A stretch of 64,000 nt of DNA. Origin: an uncultured candidate division Zixibacteria bacterium. GTDB taxonomy: Bacteria > Zixibacteria > MSB-5A5 > GN15 > FEB-12. Position numbers and translations under genes: made by a program. The stretch covers positions 2,336,001 to 2,400,000 of the forward strand of contig OY760907.1 of NCBI GenBank assembly GCA_963664195.1, written 5' to 3'. Below are positions 48,418-59,000 of the stretch, in pieces (positions within the stretch are counted from its first letter, which is position 1; the number at the start of each line of letters is the position of its first letter). The notes under the pieces were generated by a model. The model ran no database searches, was not told the origin of the DNA, and saw nothing but the letters and a program-made list of their open reading frames with translations.

Positions 48418-51347
48418 AACCAAAATTGCTATTAACGGCACTGGTACTCGTGTTCGTTGCCGCAAGCATGGCGCTTGGGGCCACGACCGGTAAGATTACC
48501 GGTGTTATCACCGACGCACAGACGGGGGAACCTCTGGTTGGTGCGACCGTCCTTGTTGACGGGACCAACCTCGGGGCGTCAACCGATACCGAGGGTCATT
48601 ACTTGATCCTGAACGTACCGGTTGGAGACTACACGCTTCGGATAAGCTCGGTCGGTTACGCGACACTCGAAGTCTCAGAGGTGAGAGTGTCCGTAGACCT
48701 GGCCACTTATCAGGATCAAACCCTCAGCTCTCAGGCGACAGACATCGGTAAGACCATTACCGTAGTCGCCGAGCGCAAGCTCATCATCAAGGACAAGACG
48801 ACCACGGTCGATGTTGTCTCGCGCGATGAGCTTCTGGCCCTGCCGACTCGTGGGTTCGAGCAGGTTGTCGGGATCCAGAACAGTGTGGTCCGGATGAACT
48901 CCAACGTTGACACTCGCCAGCGTGGTGGCCGTGAATCGTTGGGTATGGCGTCGGAGATCAACCTGCGTGGTGGCCGTCCGTCGGAGGTCGCCTACTACGT
49001 TGACGGATTCTCTCAGCAGGATCCGTTGTCAGGTATCTCCACGGCGAACATCAATAACAACGCCATTAAGGAAGTTGCGGTGACATCGGGGGCCTTCTCG
49101 GCCGAGTACGGTCACGTTGCGTCCGGCGTTGTGAACGTCACGACAAACTCCGGTAGTGACGAGTATCACGGCAACGTGGAACTCGTCTCGGACAACGTCG
49201 CGGGCGAACTCGGATACGACAGTTTTGACCACAACTACTACTCCGGTGATTTCGGCGGTCCGATTCCGGGTCTTGAAAACGGTTATTTCTTCCTCTCCGG
49301 TGAGCGCCGTTATTTGGGAGACAGGTCGCCGTCGATTGTCACCAAGGATCTGTATGAAGAGTTTGGTCTCGACGGTTTGTTCGACAATCCGCAGAGAATG
49401 CCGAGCAACAGCCTTAGAGGCTGGTCTTATCAGGGTAAGATCGACTACAATTTCACCCCGAACTTCAAACTGCAGCTCAACGGAAACGGCTCTGTTGACC
49501 GCTGGCAGGAATATCGGCATTATTACTTCAATCCGGCATTCCCGGAGCAGGTCAAGCATTCGCCGGTTTATGACGACAAGAACCTCGGACTTAACGCCAA
49601 GATAACCCATACCTTGAACGCTGAAACATTCTACAATTTCAGTGCCTCGTATTTCGTTACCGAAAGGCTCCGTGGGGATGGTGTCGTCTTTGACGATTTG
49701 GCCGCCTACGATCGCGGTTTTGTCAATCCTGAATATGATCGTCACAATCTGTTCCGCGAAGGCAACATCGTTTACGAGAGTGAGCTTGAGGATTCCGATG
49801 TAGAGGAAGGTTCTGCCGAAGACACTGTGGTCAGCTATGTGCCTTCCTATTGGGGCGGATACCTCCACCGGAAATCGTCCTATCTTGGCTTCAAGGGTGA
49901 TTTGACAAACCAGATCAATGCTCAGAACACATTGAAGTTTGGTTTTGATTTCCAGCGCCATACGGTCCGCTATTTTGAGCAGCTCAACGCAACTCAGGGC
50001 TTTGGTTTAACCCGCGTTAACCGCTATGGCTTCGACAGCCTCGGCAACGAAGCTGATCCCGAAGGTTTCATGAACGACACTAAGCACCCAATCAATCTTG
50101 GTGTCTATATGCAAGATAGATTTGAGTATCGTGGCATGATCGTTAACGCCGGCCTGCGGTTTGATTTCTTTGATTACAAGGCCCAGCGTCTTCGTGACGT
50201 CCAGCATCCGTTTGATCCTGATCAAAGGGGCGACTCGTTGTCGGCGGTTCTTGATGCATCAGATCTTGAAGATAGCGAGAAGTTCACGCGTCTCTCGCCG
50301 CGGTTGGGCATCTCCTTCCCGGTCAGCGATCGGACACAGATGCACATCAACTACGGTATTTTCTACCAGCGTCCGGACCTGCGACGTCTCTATGTGGGAT
50401 ATGACTTCCTTGAAGCTCGTATTCCTGCCGGCTCGTACTACCCGGTTGGCAGCCCGAATCTGGAACCGGAGACCGTCACGCAGTACGAAGTCGGTGTAAC
50501 TCAGCAATTGGGTGATAACACGGCCTTTGGGATCACTGCGTACTACAAGGACGTTCGGGATCTCACACAGATATTCCACCAGAGCGACGTAGACCCGACC
50601 GCATGGGACTTCTATGCCAACGTCGACTACGGCACCATCAAGGGTATGGATTTCTCGCTGACTATGCGCCGTACTCGGAATATCTCTATGAACCTCAAGT
50701 ATACGTTGAGCTATGCCACTGGTACCGGATCCAATGCCAATACTTCCTACAACATTGCGTGGAAGAATCCTTCGGGTACTCCGTCCTACACGAATCCGCT
50801 GGATTACGATCAGCGCCATAGCCTCATTGGTATGTTTGATATTCGCACCACGTCTGGCGAGGGTCCGAAGATCGGCGATTTCTATCCGCTGGAGAACTTT
50901 GGTCTCAATACGGTTGTTCAGGCTGCGAGTGGCACTCCGTATACACCGACCGTTCCGTACGACGGCGTGACGGTTAACGCCGCCGTTTCTCAGGTCCCGA
51001 CCGGTTCGATCAACTCGGCTCGTATGCCTTGGAACTTCACGGTTGATCTGAAACTGGAGCGTTACTTCGACGTCAAGGGATACCGGTTGACGCCTTACGT
51101 TTGGGTGAAGAACCTTTTCGATCGCGAAAATGTCTTCTCAGTTTACGAGGGTACCGGCAAGCCGGGGACGTCCGGCTATCTTGGGACCGACATCGCCCAG
51201 GTGCGTGCGGAAGACGCCTCGACTAACGTGCATACGGGTGCCAACGTTGGCGAAGAGTTCGAGACACGGTATCGTCTGATGCAGAACAACCCCAAGAACT
51301 ATGCAAACCCCCGTATGATCATGGTTGGCTTGCGGATGTCGTTCTAA
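48414..51347 (+). CDS. TonB-dependent receptor with N-terminal carboxypeptidase-regulatory-like domain
   Basis: TGKITGVITDAQTGEPLVGATV, plug NLRGGR..EVAYYVDG, GAFSAEYG, SPRLG, NLEPE, C-terminal PRMIMVGLRMSF. Confidence 0.93.
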   Translation: MKPKLLLTALVLVFVAASMALGATTGKITGVITDAQTGEPLVGATVLVDGTNLGASTDTEGHYLILNVPVGDYTLRISSVGYATLEVSEVRVSVDLATYQDQTLSSQATDIGKTITVVAERKLIIKDKTTTVDVVSRDELLALPTRGFEQVVGIQNSVVRMNSNVDTRQRGGRESLGMASEINLRGGRPSEVAYYVDGFSQQDPLSGISTANINNNAIKEVAVTSGAFSAEYGHVASGVVNVTTNSGSDEYHGNVELVSDNVAGELGYDSFDHNYYSGDFGGPIPGLENGYFFLSGERRYLGDRSPSIVTKDLYEEFGLDGLFDNPQRMPSNSLRGWSYQGKIDYNFTPNFKLQLNGNGSVDRWQEYRHYYFNPAFPEQVKHSPVYDDKNLGLNAKITHTLNAETFYNFSASYFVTERLRGDGVVFDDLAAYDRGFVNPEYDRHNLFREGNIVYESELEDSDVEEGSAEDTVVSYVPSYWGGYLHRKSSYLGFKGDLTNQINAQNTLKFGFDFQRHTVRYFEQLNATQGFGLTRVNRYGFDSLGNEADPEGFMNDTKHPINLGVYMQDRFEYRGMIVNAGLRFDFFDYKAQRLRDVQHPFDPDQRGDSLSAVLDASDLEDSEKFTRLSPRLGISFPVSDRTQMHINYGIFYQRPDLRRLYVGYDFLEARIPAGSYYPVGSPNLEPETVTQYEVGVTQQLGDNTAFGITAYYKDVRDLTQIFHQSDVDPTAWDFYANVDYGTIKGMDFSLTMRRTRNISMNLKYTLSYATGTGSNANTSYNIAWKNPSGTPSYTNPLDYDQRHSLIGMFDIRTTSGEGPKIGDFYPLENFGLNTVVQAASGTPYTPTVPYDGVTVNAAVSQVPTGSINSARMPWNFTVDLKLERYFDVKGYRLTPYVWVKNLFDRENVFSVYEGTGKPGTSGYLGTDIAQVRAEDASTNVHTGANVGEEFETRYRLMQNNPKNYANPRMIMVGLRMSF

Positions 51348-51366
51348 TCACATGAGGAACTTGAAA

Positions 51367-54300
51367 ATGAAAATAAAACTTTTGAGTTGTTTGCTCGTCC
51401 TCCTTTTTGCGCTACCTCTTTCGGCAGCGCCACCAAAGGGGAGGCTTGGTAGCGCAGAGGCTCTGAACGTCGACAACGGCACGTTCATCAATACCAACAA
51501 GATTTTGATGTTTGTGACCAACCACGGCAACTTTGGACGTGACCTCGGAGATCGGTTCGGCTATGACTACGGAACGTTTTTCCCTTACACGGCCGTGGAG
51601 TCGATCGATGACGGTTCGGCGGTTGCCTCGCCGTTCTATGCTGGAGGTCTCTGGATAGGTGGTGTCGACTCAGTCTCGGGCGATACGCTCGTCGTGGTTT
51701 CCGAGTACAGCAGCGAGTACGTGCCGGGACCGATGGCCGACAGTACGTTCATAGAGGATAATGCTGATTTCCATGTGTACAAGCTGTACGCAGACAGTAC
51801 CTTTGAGAATGCCAACGCTGACTGGACAAACTGGCCGGAAGACCAGGGCGCGCCAATGGCTATTGACACGATTGTTGAAATTATCGATTCAGCAGGCGGC
51901 GTGATCCTGGATGCCGATACGACCTACAGCGATCCGTATCCGGGTCTGATTGGAGACCAGATGTGCTGGTCGGTTTTCAACGACGCCAACCCTGCTCAAC
52001 ACGACAACAACAACGGGGAGACTGAGCCTCTCGGCCTTGAGGTGCGTCAATCTGTTTTTGGGTGGAACCGCACTGACGCTCTCGGATACTGCGTTTTTGT
52101 CAGACTCCGCGTCTATAACAGGGGTGAAAGGACTCTCGACAACTGCTACTTCTCCCTTTGGTCTGACCCTGATCTGGGTTTGGCGGGAGACGATCTGGTT
52201 GGTTGCGATACGACTCTCGACTTGGGTTTCGTTTACAATGCCAATAACAGTGACCAGAAGTACACCGACGGGCCGCCGCCGGCTCTCGGACTTGATTTCT
52301 TCCAGGGCCCGCTGGAATTCACCGGCAACATGGACGATGTCGGATTGATGTGGAATGGTGCCAAGTTCCCGGGATATAGAAACCTGGGTATGGCCTCGTT
52401 TAACAAGTACATCAACGGTACCGATCCAGACAACTATGTGGAGACCTATTGGTTCATGGAAGGATTGGACGCGAAGAACAACGGCGCGGCTTACAGTGAT
52501 GGCCTTGCGTATCGCGTCCCCGGAGACCCCACCGATCCCACGGAAGCTGCCGCATACCTTGATTTCGCTCCGGACGATCGGCGCATGATGCAGACAACTG
52601 GTCCGATTACGTTCCGTCCCGGCGACAGTACCGAAATCGTTGCGGCCATGGTCGTAGGACGGGGCGGAGATCGAAAGTCCTCCGTCAACGTGATGAAGTT
52701 CTACGATGAGACAGCGCAAGCGGTTTACGATGCCAACTGGGTTGTTCCGGATCCGCCTGCGTCGCCGATAGTGACCGTCGCGGAGTTGGATGGCCAGATA
52801 GCTCTCACTTGGACCGACACCTCGGAGGTGGTCCCCGGCGACTACGGGTTTGAGGGATACACGGTCTATCAGGGTGAAGGACCGTCGGGCCCTTGGACTC
52901 GTATTGCCAATTATGACTTGACAAACGGTGTCCTTCAGATTCAGGACAATGTGGTTGATCCTGAGTCGGGAGCCCTTGAAATCCGCACCGTCAAATTCGG
53001 TACGGACGGGGGACTGAGACGGTACTTCATTGTTGAGGAGGATTATCTTACGGGGACGCCGCTGCGCAACGTGAGCGAGTACTACTTCAAGGTTGAGGCG
53101 TATTCATTCCTGTTTGGCGGCAAACCGGCTACATTGACTTCTGCCAATCGGACGCCCATCAGGGTTGTGCCCCAGGCACAGGTTCCTGACATCCAATACG
53201 AGGAAAGCGTGGGTGATCTGCCTGCAGCGGCACACTCCACCGGCAGTTCGGACGGTTCTGTGGCCTATGAGGTGATGGATCCAAGGCTCTTGACAGGGCA
53301 TACGTACGAAGTAGTCTTCGCCGACACGCTCGCTATCGTGATTGATACGATCGTCACGGAGACCGGTGATCCTCTAAACCCTGTTGACACTACTTTTGAT
53401 TCGACCAATGTTGCCTGGTTCCTGATCGATACGGATCTAGGAGACACTCTGCTCTCCTGGCAGACCGACCAGTCAGCAACCGATGACCAGTTGGTTACTG
53501 ACGGTTTCGTCGCCAAAGTGACCGGTCCCGCTGTCGGCTTCAGCTCGTTTGCTGTTGTCGCCAATGCCGGCGGGGCTCTCAGTCCTTTTGAGCCGGGTGC
53601 GCTTACGTTTGACGGTTTCCCGGTTCCCACTATCAACGATCCGGACGGCTACATAACGGGAGCACAGCAGACCACTGGAACCGGCAACTGGGGACTCCAC
53701 GTCGCCGATCCGGGCGGTACTTGCGATCACGGTGAAAACGGTGATTACTCAGCTTTCCAAGCTCGCTCAAATATGGCGGTCATTGGAGAAGATGACTATG
53801 AAATGAGATTCACCGGATCAAACGATGATCCCGGCACGGGTGGTGGCTATGCCATCGAGATGTTCAACGATTCCAACGTATTTTGGGTGCCGTTCGAACT
53901 CTGGAATATCGGTCGCGGTACACCGAATGATCCGAGCGATGACTATCGCCTCATTCCGTACATCGTTGACTATGCCGGAGACTCTCTCCAGGGTGACGAC
54001 ATCTTCGCCGTGGAATCATGGGGCTGTAGACTTGATACTTTCCGCATCGACACCGCTTACTACGACAGTGTCGGTGATTCGCTCGTTCCAGAGGATACCG
54101 TGCTGCAGAATTTCGGCGGCCTCGGTGAACACTCCGGGTCGGGCGCTGACAACGATCCGTACACTGATCTTGTCTACTGGATAAACCCGTCCGACATGTC
54201 GGCCGGATCCGCCGGGTATGACGCTGCAGAAACAGCAATGTTGGCGGGAACCTATCCGGCCAACGAAGCTTCTTTGTCGGCCGACACGGTGTTCCAGGAA

Positions 54301-54783
54301 ACTGTCTTGCTCAGTTGGAATGGAGGATACGAGCCACCGTTCAATATGGACGTGCCTGAAATGGGAACGGTCTTCCGGATTGTGACGGCAATCACCAACT
54401 CTCCTGAGGATGTCTTTTCCTTTACGACATTGGCTCCGAGCGCTGTGACAGGAACCGAGGAGATGCTTGACGCTATCAAGGCCGTGCCGAACCCGTTCTA
54501 CCTGTTTGGTGGCTATGATCCTGCTGTAGGCAACTACCAGATCAAGTTCCACCATTTGCCGGAGCTCTGTACGATCACTATTTATAACCTCAGTGGCGAG
54601 TTGATCAACACCATCGAAAAAGATGATGCCTCGACTTCAATCGCCACTTGGAACGTACAGACGCGGGAGAACCTGCCGGTAGCCTCGGGCATTTACATCT
54701 ACGTTGTGGATGCTCCCGGATTCGGTACTAAGATTGGGAAGATGGCTGTGTTCACCGAAGACCAAGTACTTGATATCTACTAG
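51367..54783 (+). CDS. Large secreted protein with FN3-like domain and T9SS-like C-terminal domain
   Basis: Signal peptide; GGLWIGG, WSDPDLG..DDLVGCD, PDPPASP..IALTW..FEGYTVY; C-terminus IKAVPNPF..IKFHHLP..ITIYNLSGELI..VASGIYIYVV..GKMAVF. Confidence 0.85.
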   Translation: MKIKLLSCLLVLLFALPLSAAPPKGRLGSAEALNVDNGTFINTNKILMFVTNHGNFGRDLGDRFGYDYGTFFPYTAVESIDDGSAVASPFYAGGLWIGGVDSVSGDTLVVVSEYSSEYVPGPMADSTFIEDNADFHVYKLYADSTFENANADWTNWPEDQGAPMAIDTIVEIIDSAGGVILDADTTYSDPYPGLIGDQMCWSVFNDANPAQHDNNNGETEPLGLEVRQSVFGWNRTDALGYCVFVRLRVYNRGERTLDNCYFSLWSDPDLGLAGDDLVGCDTTLDLGFVYNANNSDQKYTDGPPPALGLDFFQGPLEFTGNMDDVGLMWNGAKFPGYRNLGMASFNKYINGTDPDNYVETYWFMEGLDAKNNGAAYSDGLAYRVPGDPTDPTEAAAYLDFAPDDRRMMQTTGPITFRPGDSTEIVAAMVVGRGGDRKSSVNVMKFYDETAQAVYDANWVVPDPPASPIVTVAELDGQIALTWTDTSEVVPGDYGFEGYTVYQGEGPSGPWTRIANYDLTNGVLQIQDNVVDPESGALEIRTVKFGTDGGLRRYFIVEEDYLTGTPLRNVSEYYFKVEAYSFLFGGKPATLTSANRTPIRVVPQAQVPDIQYEESVGDLPAAAHSTGSSDGSVAYEVMDPRLLTGHTYEVVFADTLAIVIDTIVTETGDPLNPVDTTFDSTNVAWFLIDTDLGDTLLSWQTDQSATDDQLVTDGFVAKVTGPAVGFSSFAVVANAGGALSPFEPGALTFDGFPVPTINDPDGYITGAQQTTGTGNWGLHVADPGGTCDHGENGDYSAFQARSNMAVIGEDDYEMRFTGSNDDPGTGGGYAIEMFNDSNVFWVPFELWNIGRGTPNDPSDDYRLIPYIVDYAGDSLQGDDIFAVESWGCRLDTFRIDTAYYDSVGDSLVPEDTVLQNFGGLGEHSGSGADNDPYTDLVYWINPSDMSAGSAGYDAAETAMLAGTYPANEASLSADTVFQETVLLSWNGGYEPPFNMDVPEMGTVFRIVTAITNSPEDVFSFTTLAPSAVTGTEEMLDAIKAVPNPFYLFGGYDPAVGNYQIKFHHLPELCTITIYNLSGELINTIEKDDASTSIATWNVQTRENLPVASGIYIYVVDAPGFGTKIGKMAVFTEDQVLDIY

Positions 54784-54800
54784 GCAAGGAGACGATACAG

Positions 54801-55790
54801 ATGAAATACAAACTTGTAGTGACGGTGGTAGTTCTCCTTGCCGTAAGCCTCTCATCGGCTTACGCTGGGAACTCCCTGCGAATCGGTACTGCGGGAGCGC
54901 AGGAACTTCTGATTCCTATCGGCTCACGCGGTACTGCCATGGGCGGATCTGTGGTCGCCAATACTCATGGGCTTGAGTCCATGTACTGGAACCCGGCCGG
55001 CCTGGCGAACCTGGAAGGTACGGAGGCGATGTTCACGCACCTACCATACTTTGCCGACATCGACGTTAACTTCGTCGGGCTGGCAACCGCCATGGAAGAC
55101 TTTGGCACCGTGGGTATTGGGGCCAAAATTGTCTCTATCGGCGATATCGAGGAGACGACTGAAACCCAGCCGGACGGTACGGGGCGCGTGTTTGGCCCTT
55201 CTCTTACTATCATTAACGTCACGTACTCTCGGGTTCTGACGAATAATGTGTCGTTCGGCGTGACAGGCATGTTCATCAACGAGAACATCTTTGAGGTCAG
55301 CGCCTCTGGCGTTGCCTTTGACGCAGGTTTCATGTACGACCCGGGCTGGCACGGCCTCAAGGCCGGTTTTGTTGTCAAGAACTACGGCCCCGAGATGAGC
55401 TTCACTGGCAACGGTTTCGAGCGCGGTGCGGACAATCGCCCAACCTCGGCAAACAATGCCAAGTTTGATCTGCCGAGTTCCATCAATCTCGGCTTGTCCA
55501 TGGATTTTCTGGACAACGGTCCGAACCTGGCAACCATTTGCGGTAACTTCCGGTCCAACAACTTCTCTCAGGACATGTTGCAGGGTGGCTTTGAATACAG
55601 CTACAACAACATGTACTTCCTGCGTGGAGGTTACAATTGGTCCGACCAGGACGACTACATTCACGGTGCCTCACTCGGTGCCGGTCTGTCAGTCCCCATG
55701 GGCGACACCAAGTTTACCTTTGAGTACTCCTGGAACGACACGGAAGTGTTCGACGATAACCAGTTCTTCTCGGTTAGAATCAACTTCTAG
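54801..55790 (+). CDS. PorV/PorQ-like (UPF0164, FadL-fold) outer-membrane barrel
   Basis: GTAGAQELLIPIGSRGTAMG, YWNPAGLA, AFDAG, KNYGP, LPSS, LRGGY, terminal Phe. Confidence 0.85.
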   Translation: MKYKLVVTVVVLLAVSLSSAYAGNSLRIGTAGAQELLIPIGSRGTAMGGSVVANTHGLESMYWNPAGLANLEGTEAMFTHLPYFADIDVNFVGLATAMEDFGTVGIGAKIVSIGDIEETTETQPDGTGRVFGPSLTIINVTYSRVLTNNVSFGVTGMFINENIFEVSASGVAFDAGFMYDPGWHGLKAGFVVKNYGPEMSFTGNGFERGADNRPTSANNAKFDLPSSINLGLSMDFLDNGPNLATICGNFRSNNFSQDMLQGGFEYSYNNMYFLRGGYNWSDQDDYIHGASLGAGLSVPMGDTKFTFEYSWNDTEVFDDNQFFSVRINF

Positions 55791-55816
55791 TACCGTTTCC
55801 TGAGAATTTCTCTCGG

Positions 55817-55854
55817 AAAGCCGGGCGCTCGAAAGAGTGCCCGGCTTTTCCTTT
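55817..55854 (+). terminator. Rho-independent terminator of the TBDR operon
   Basis: AAAGCCGGGCGCTC-GAAA-GAGTGCCCGGCTTT then TCCTTT. Confidence 0.85.
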
Positions 55855-55977
55855 GTCCCCAATTGTCGTGAGAACCAGGTTAGGCCGAGGCTTTCGATAC
55901 CCCTGAGAGCGTGTCACGTAGCTGCTGTGACGCTTTGAGCGTGAATGAGGGAATCCTCCCCTCTCTGTGGGATGTAC

Positions 55978-56008
55978 AAAAAACAGGGCCGCCGTGTGGC
56001 GACCCTGT
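55978..56008 (-). terminator. Rho-independent terminator of the oxidoreductase operon
   Basis: ACAGGGCCGCC-GTGT-GGCGACCCTGT preceded by an A-run on + (U-tract on -). Confidence 0.8.
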
Positions 56009-56030
56009 GTGATGTTCAATGAATTGACTG

Positions 56031-59000
56031 CTATATGTTCAGATTTTCGGTGCGAGCTGCAAATCGGGCATCCGATTCCAGCACCAGCGTTACTTCGGAG
56101 CTTGTGGTCGCGACGCGATCCGTGTATTGCACGAAATGCGCCTTGCCGTCGGTTGTGGCGAAACCACCGTAACGACACTCACTGTGCATCCGAATTAGAT
56201 ATGTCAGCTCATCGGCAACCTCGGCGGAGTCGGCGAGATGGATAGCGTTTCCGCTGATCTCTGCCAACCGCAGAATGATGTCTGCCGTGGATATCCCCGT
56301 AACGGGTGCGCCGATCGGGTTGGTCTGCTGACGTTCGCCGGCCCAGTTGGTCAGGTGACCGGACGTTTCCAGGTAGTTTGATAGCGGCAGGAAGACATCG
56401 GCCATCTGTGCCGTCTCGGTGACGAATTGATCGCCGACCACGAGGAACTCCAGATTGTCGACGAAACCACCGAACTCCGCCGCCTTTGCGGGATTCTCAC
56501 CAAAGATGAATCCGGCCCGCAGCTTGTCCTCACGGATCTTGCGGCGAACAGATCCGGTATCGTTCTGGATCATAGCTCGAAGGTCTGTTTTCCAGACGGA
56601 GCCGACCTTGTCGAGCATTCCTTCGTTCGCCGACGTGCTTCCGCCGGGAATACGCTTGCTGCCGAAACCGGCCAGACGCATACCTGAGTGGTTACACTGG
56701 GAGGTCATCAGGGCCAATCCCGAACCGTCGCCGAGTTTGCCCAGAACCATCATGAGGGTGGTCAGGGCTTGGAGATCGCCGGCGGCACGGTCAATTCGAC
56801 TGTCGAAGTTGTACCAAGCGACAATCTTCTTATCAGGATCACACAGCAGATCGACGGTTTTGTTGATAGCCTCGACCGACACACCGGTAATCGAGCTGAC
56901 CTCATCAAGATCAGTTTTGGACAGGGCGTCAAGTACCAACTCCGAGTTAACCGTACTGGAGTCCAGGAAAGCCTTGTTGACTTTGCTGCGACGGATGATC
57001 TCACCGATGATGCCGTTGATCAGCACCGTGGAGGTGCCGCGACGAGCATCAGCCCATACGTTCGCATACTGCGTCATGTCGATGGCGGCGGAGTTGATTA
57101 CCACTGCTTCGGTGCCGTGACGCATGCGACGTTTCATCTGCCAGCCGAGTACCGGATTGTCTTTGGTGGGATTGCCGCCGAGGAAAAGATACAGGTCGGC
57201 GCTGTTGACCTCGTCGATCCCGACCGTAGCTGCCGTGGTCCCCAGCATTCCGTCCAGAGCGGCATAGTCTGCGCCGTTGGTCAATTGCTGGAATGACATG
57301 AGGTTGTTCGTGCCGAGCGCCGCGCGACCGAATCGCCCGGCAAGGTACAGCTCTTCGTCGGTCAGTTTCGGGGAGGCAGCAACGAATACGCTATCGCTTT
57401 TGTGAGCTTCGCGAATACGTTTCAGACCGCTGTCAATGGCGGCGAATGCTTCATCCCACGTAGTCTCCACCAGCTTTCCGTCCCTGCGAACCATCGGCTT
57501 CTTTGCGCGTGAACCGTCGAGATAGTGCTGATAGCCGAATCGGCCTTTGGCGCAGAGTTCGCCGTAGTTTGGTCCCTCTTCCGGAGAGGCACCGACGACG
57601 TAGAAGATATCATCGGTTTTGACTTTCAACGTCAGGTTACAGCCTACCGAACAGTAGTTGCAGACGTTGAAAACAGAATCCATCTTCCACGGCCCGGAGC
57701 GGCGGAACGGCATCTTTTCGACCAGTGCGCCGGTAGGGCAGACGTCGATACAGTTACCGCAGGACACACAGTTGGTGTCCTGCAGAGCTTTCTCCATCGC
57801 CGGTTTGATAATTGTGCGGAAACCGCGATTGACGAATCCAAGTGCCGAGACGTTGAGAATCTCGGAGCAAGTGGACACGCACTTGCCGCAGCGGATACAC
57901 TTGTTGGAGTCGATCTTAACGAACGGGTGTCGCGTGTCAACTTTGTAGCGGTTGAAGGCACCGACAAAACGTGTCTGGTCGACACCGTATTCTGTGCAAT
58001 AGTCCTGTAAAATACAGGCAAGTCCCACATCGCATCCACACTCGGCGCAACGCATCGATTCCGCCACCGCGTCTTTGTCGGTGTATCCGAGTTCCACTTC
58101 GTCAAAAGTTCTGATGCGGTCTGCGGCTTCCAGCTCCGGCATTCCGTGACGGTGTTCTTTGTAGAGGTCGGGGAGATCTTCGGGGGTGAGCTTGTGGAAA
58201 GCATCCCGTTTGCTCTCAAACCGATCTATCAGCGGTTCGGCCACACCGGTCTGGATGTATTTGTCGATTGCCCGCGCAGCCATTCGACCGGCTGCGATAG
58301 CGTCGATAGCGTCTGCCGGTCCCGTAACGACATCGCCGCCTGAGAAGACGCCGGGACGATCGGTTTCGAAAGTTTTGTCGCGCGCCTCGATAGTCTTCCA
58401 GCGCGTCAGCTTGATATTCTCGTCGGAGTCAACACCGGCGAGATCCGGCTCCTGTCCGATAGCAGATATCACGTAGTTGCATTCGATTTCGTACTCGGAG
58501 CCTTCGATCTTGACAGGGCGCCGGCGTCCGGAGTCATCCGGTTCGCCGAGTTCCATGCGGATGGCAGAAATGGATTTCATCCGACCGTTTTCGTCGGTGT
58601 TGACCATCACCGGCGCAGCCAGGAATTCCATTTTGATGCCTTCTTCATCGGCGGCGTCAATCTCAACGTTGTTGGCAGGCATCTCTTTGCGTGTCCGACG
58701 GTACAACAGGACAACTTCGTCGGCACCGAGGCGCAGCGAAGTACGGGCGGCGTCGATAGCCGTGTTTCCACCACCCACAACCACGATTCTACCGGTCATC
58801 GGCGGGTTGGTCTTCATCTCAGCCTGTTGCAGGAACTCGACACCCGAGAGTACGCCATCGGCTTCCTCGTTTTCGACCCGCATCGGTTTACCGACCTGAG
58901 CGCCGAGACCAACGAACACTGACTTGAAGCCCTGTCGGTAGAGGTCGTCAATGGTGAAATCCCGGCCGAGTCTGGTGTTAAGCTTGACCTCAACGCCAAG

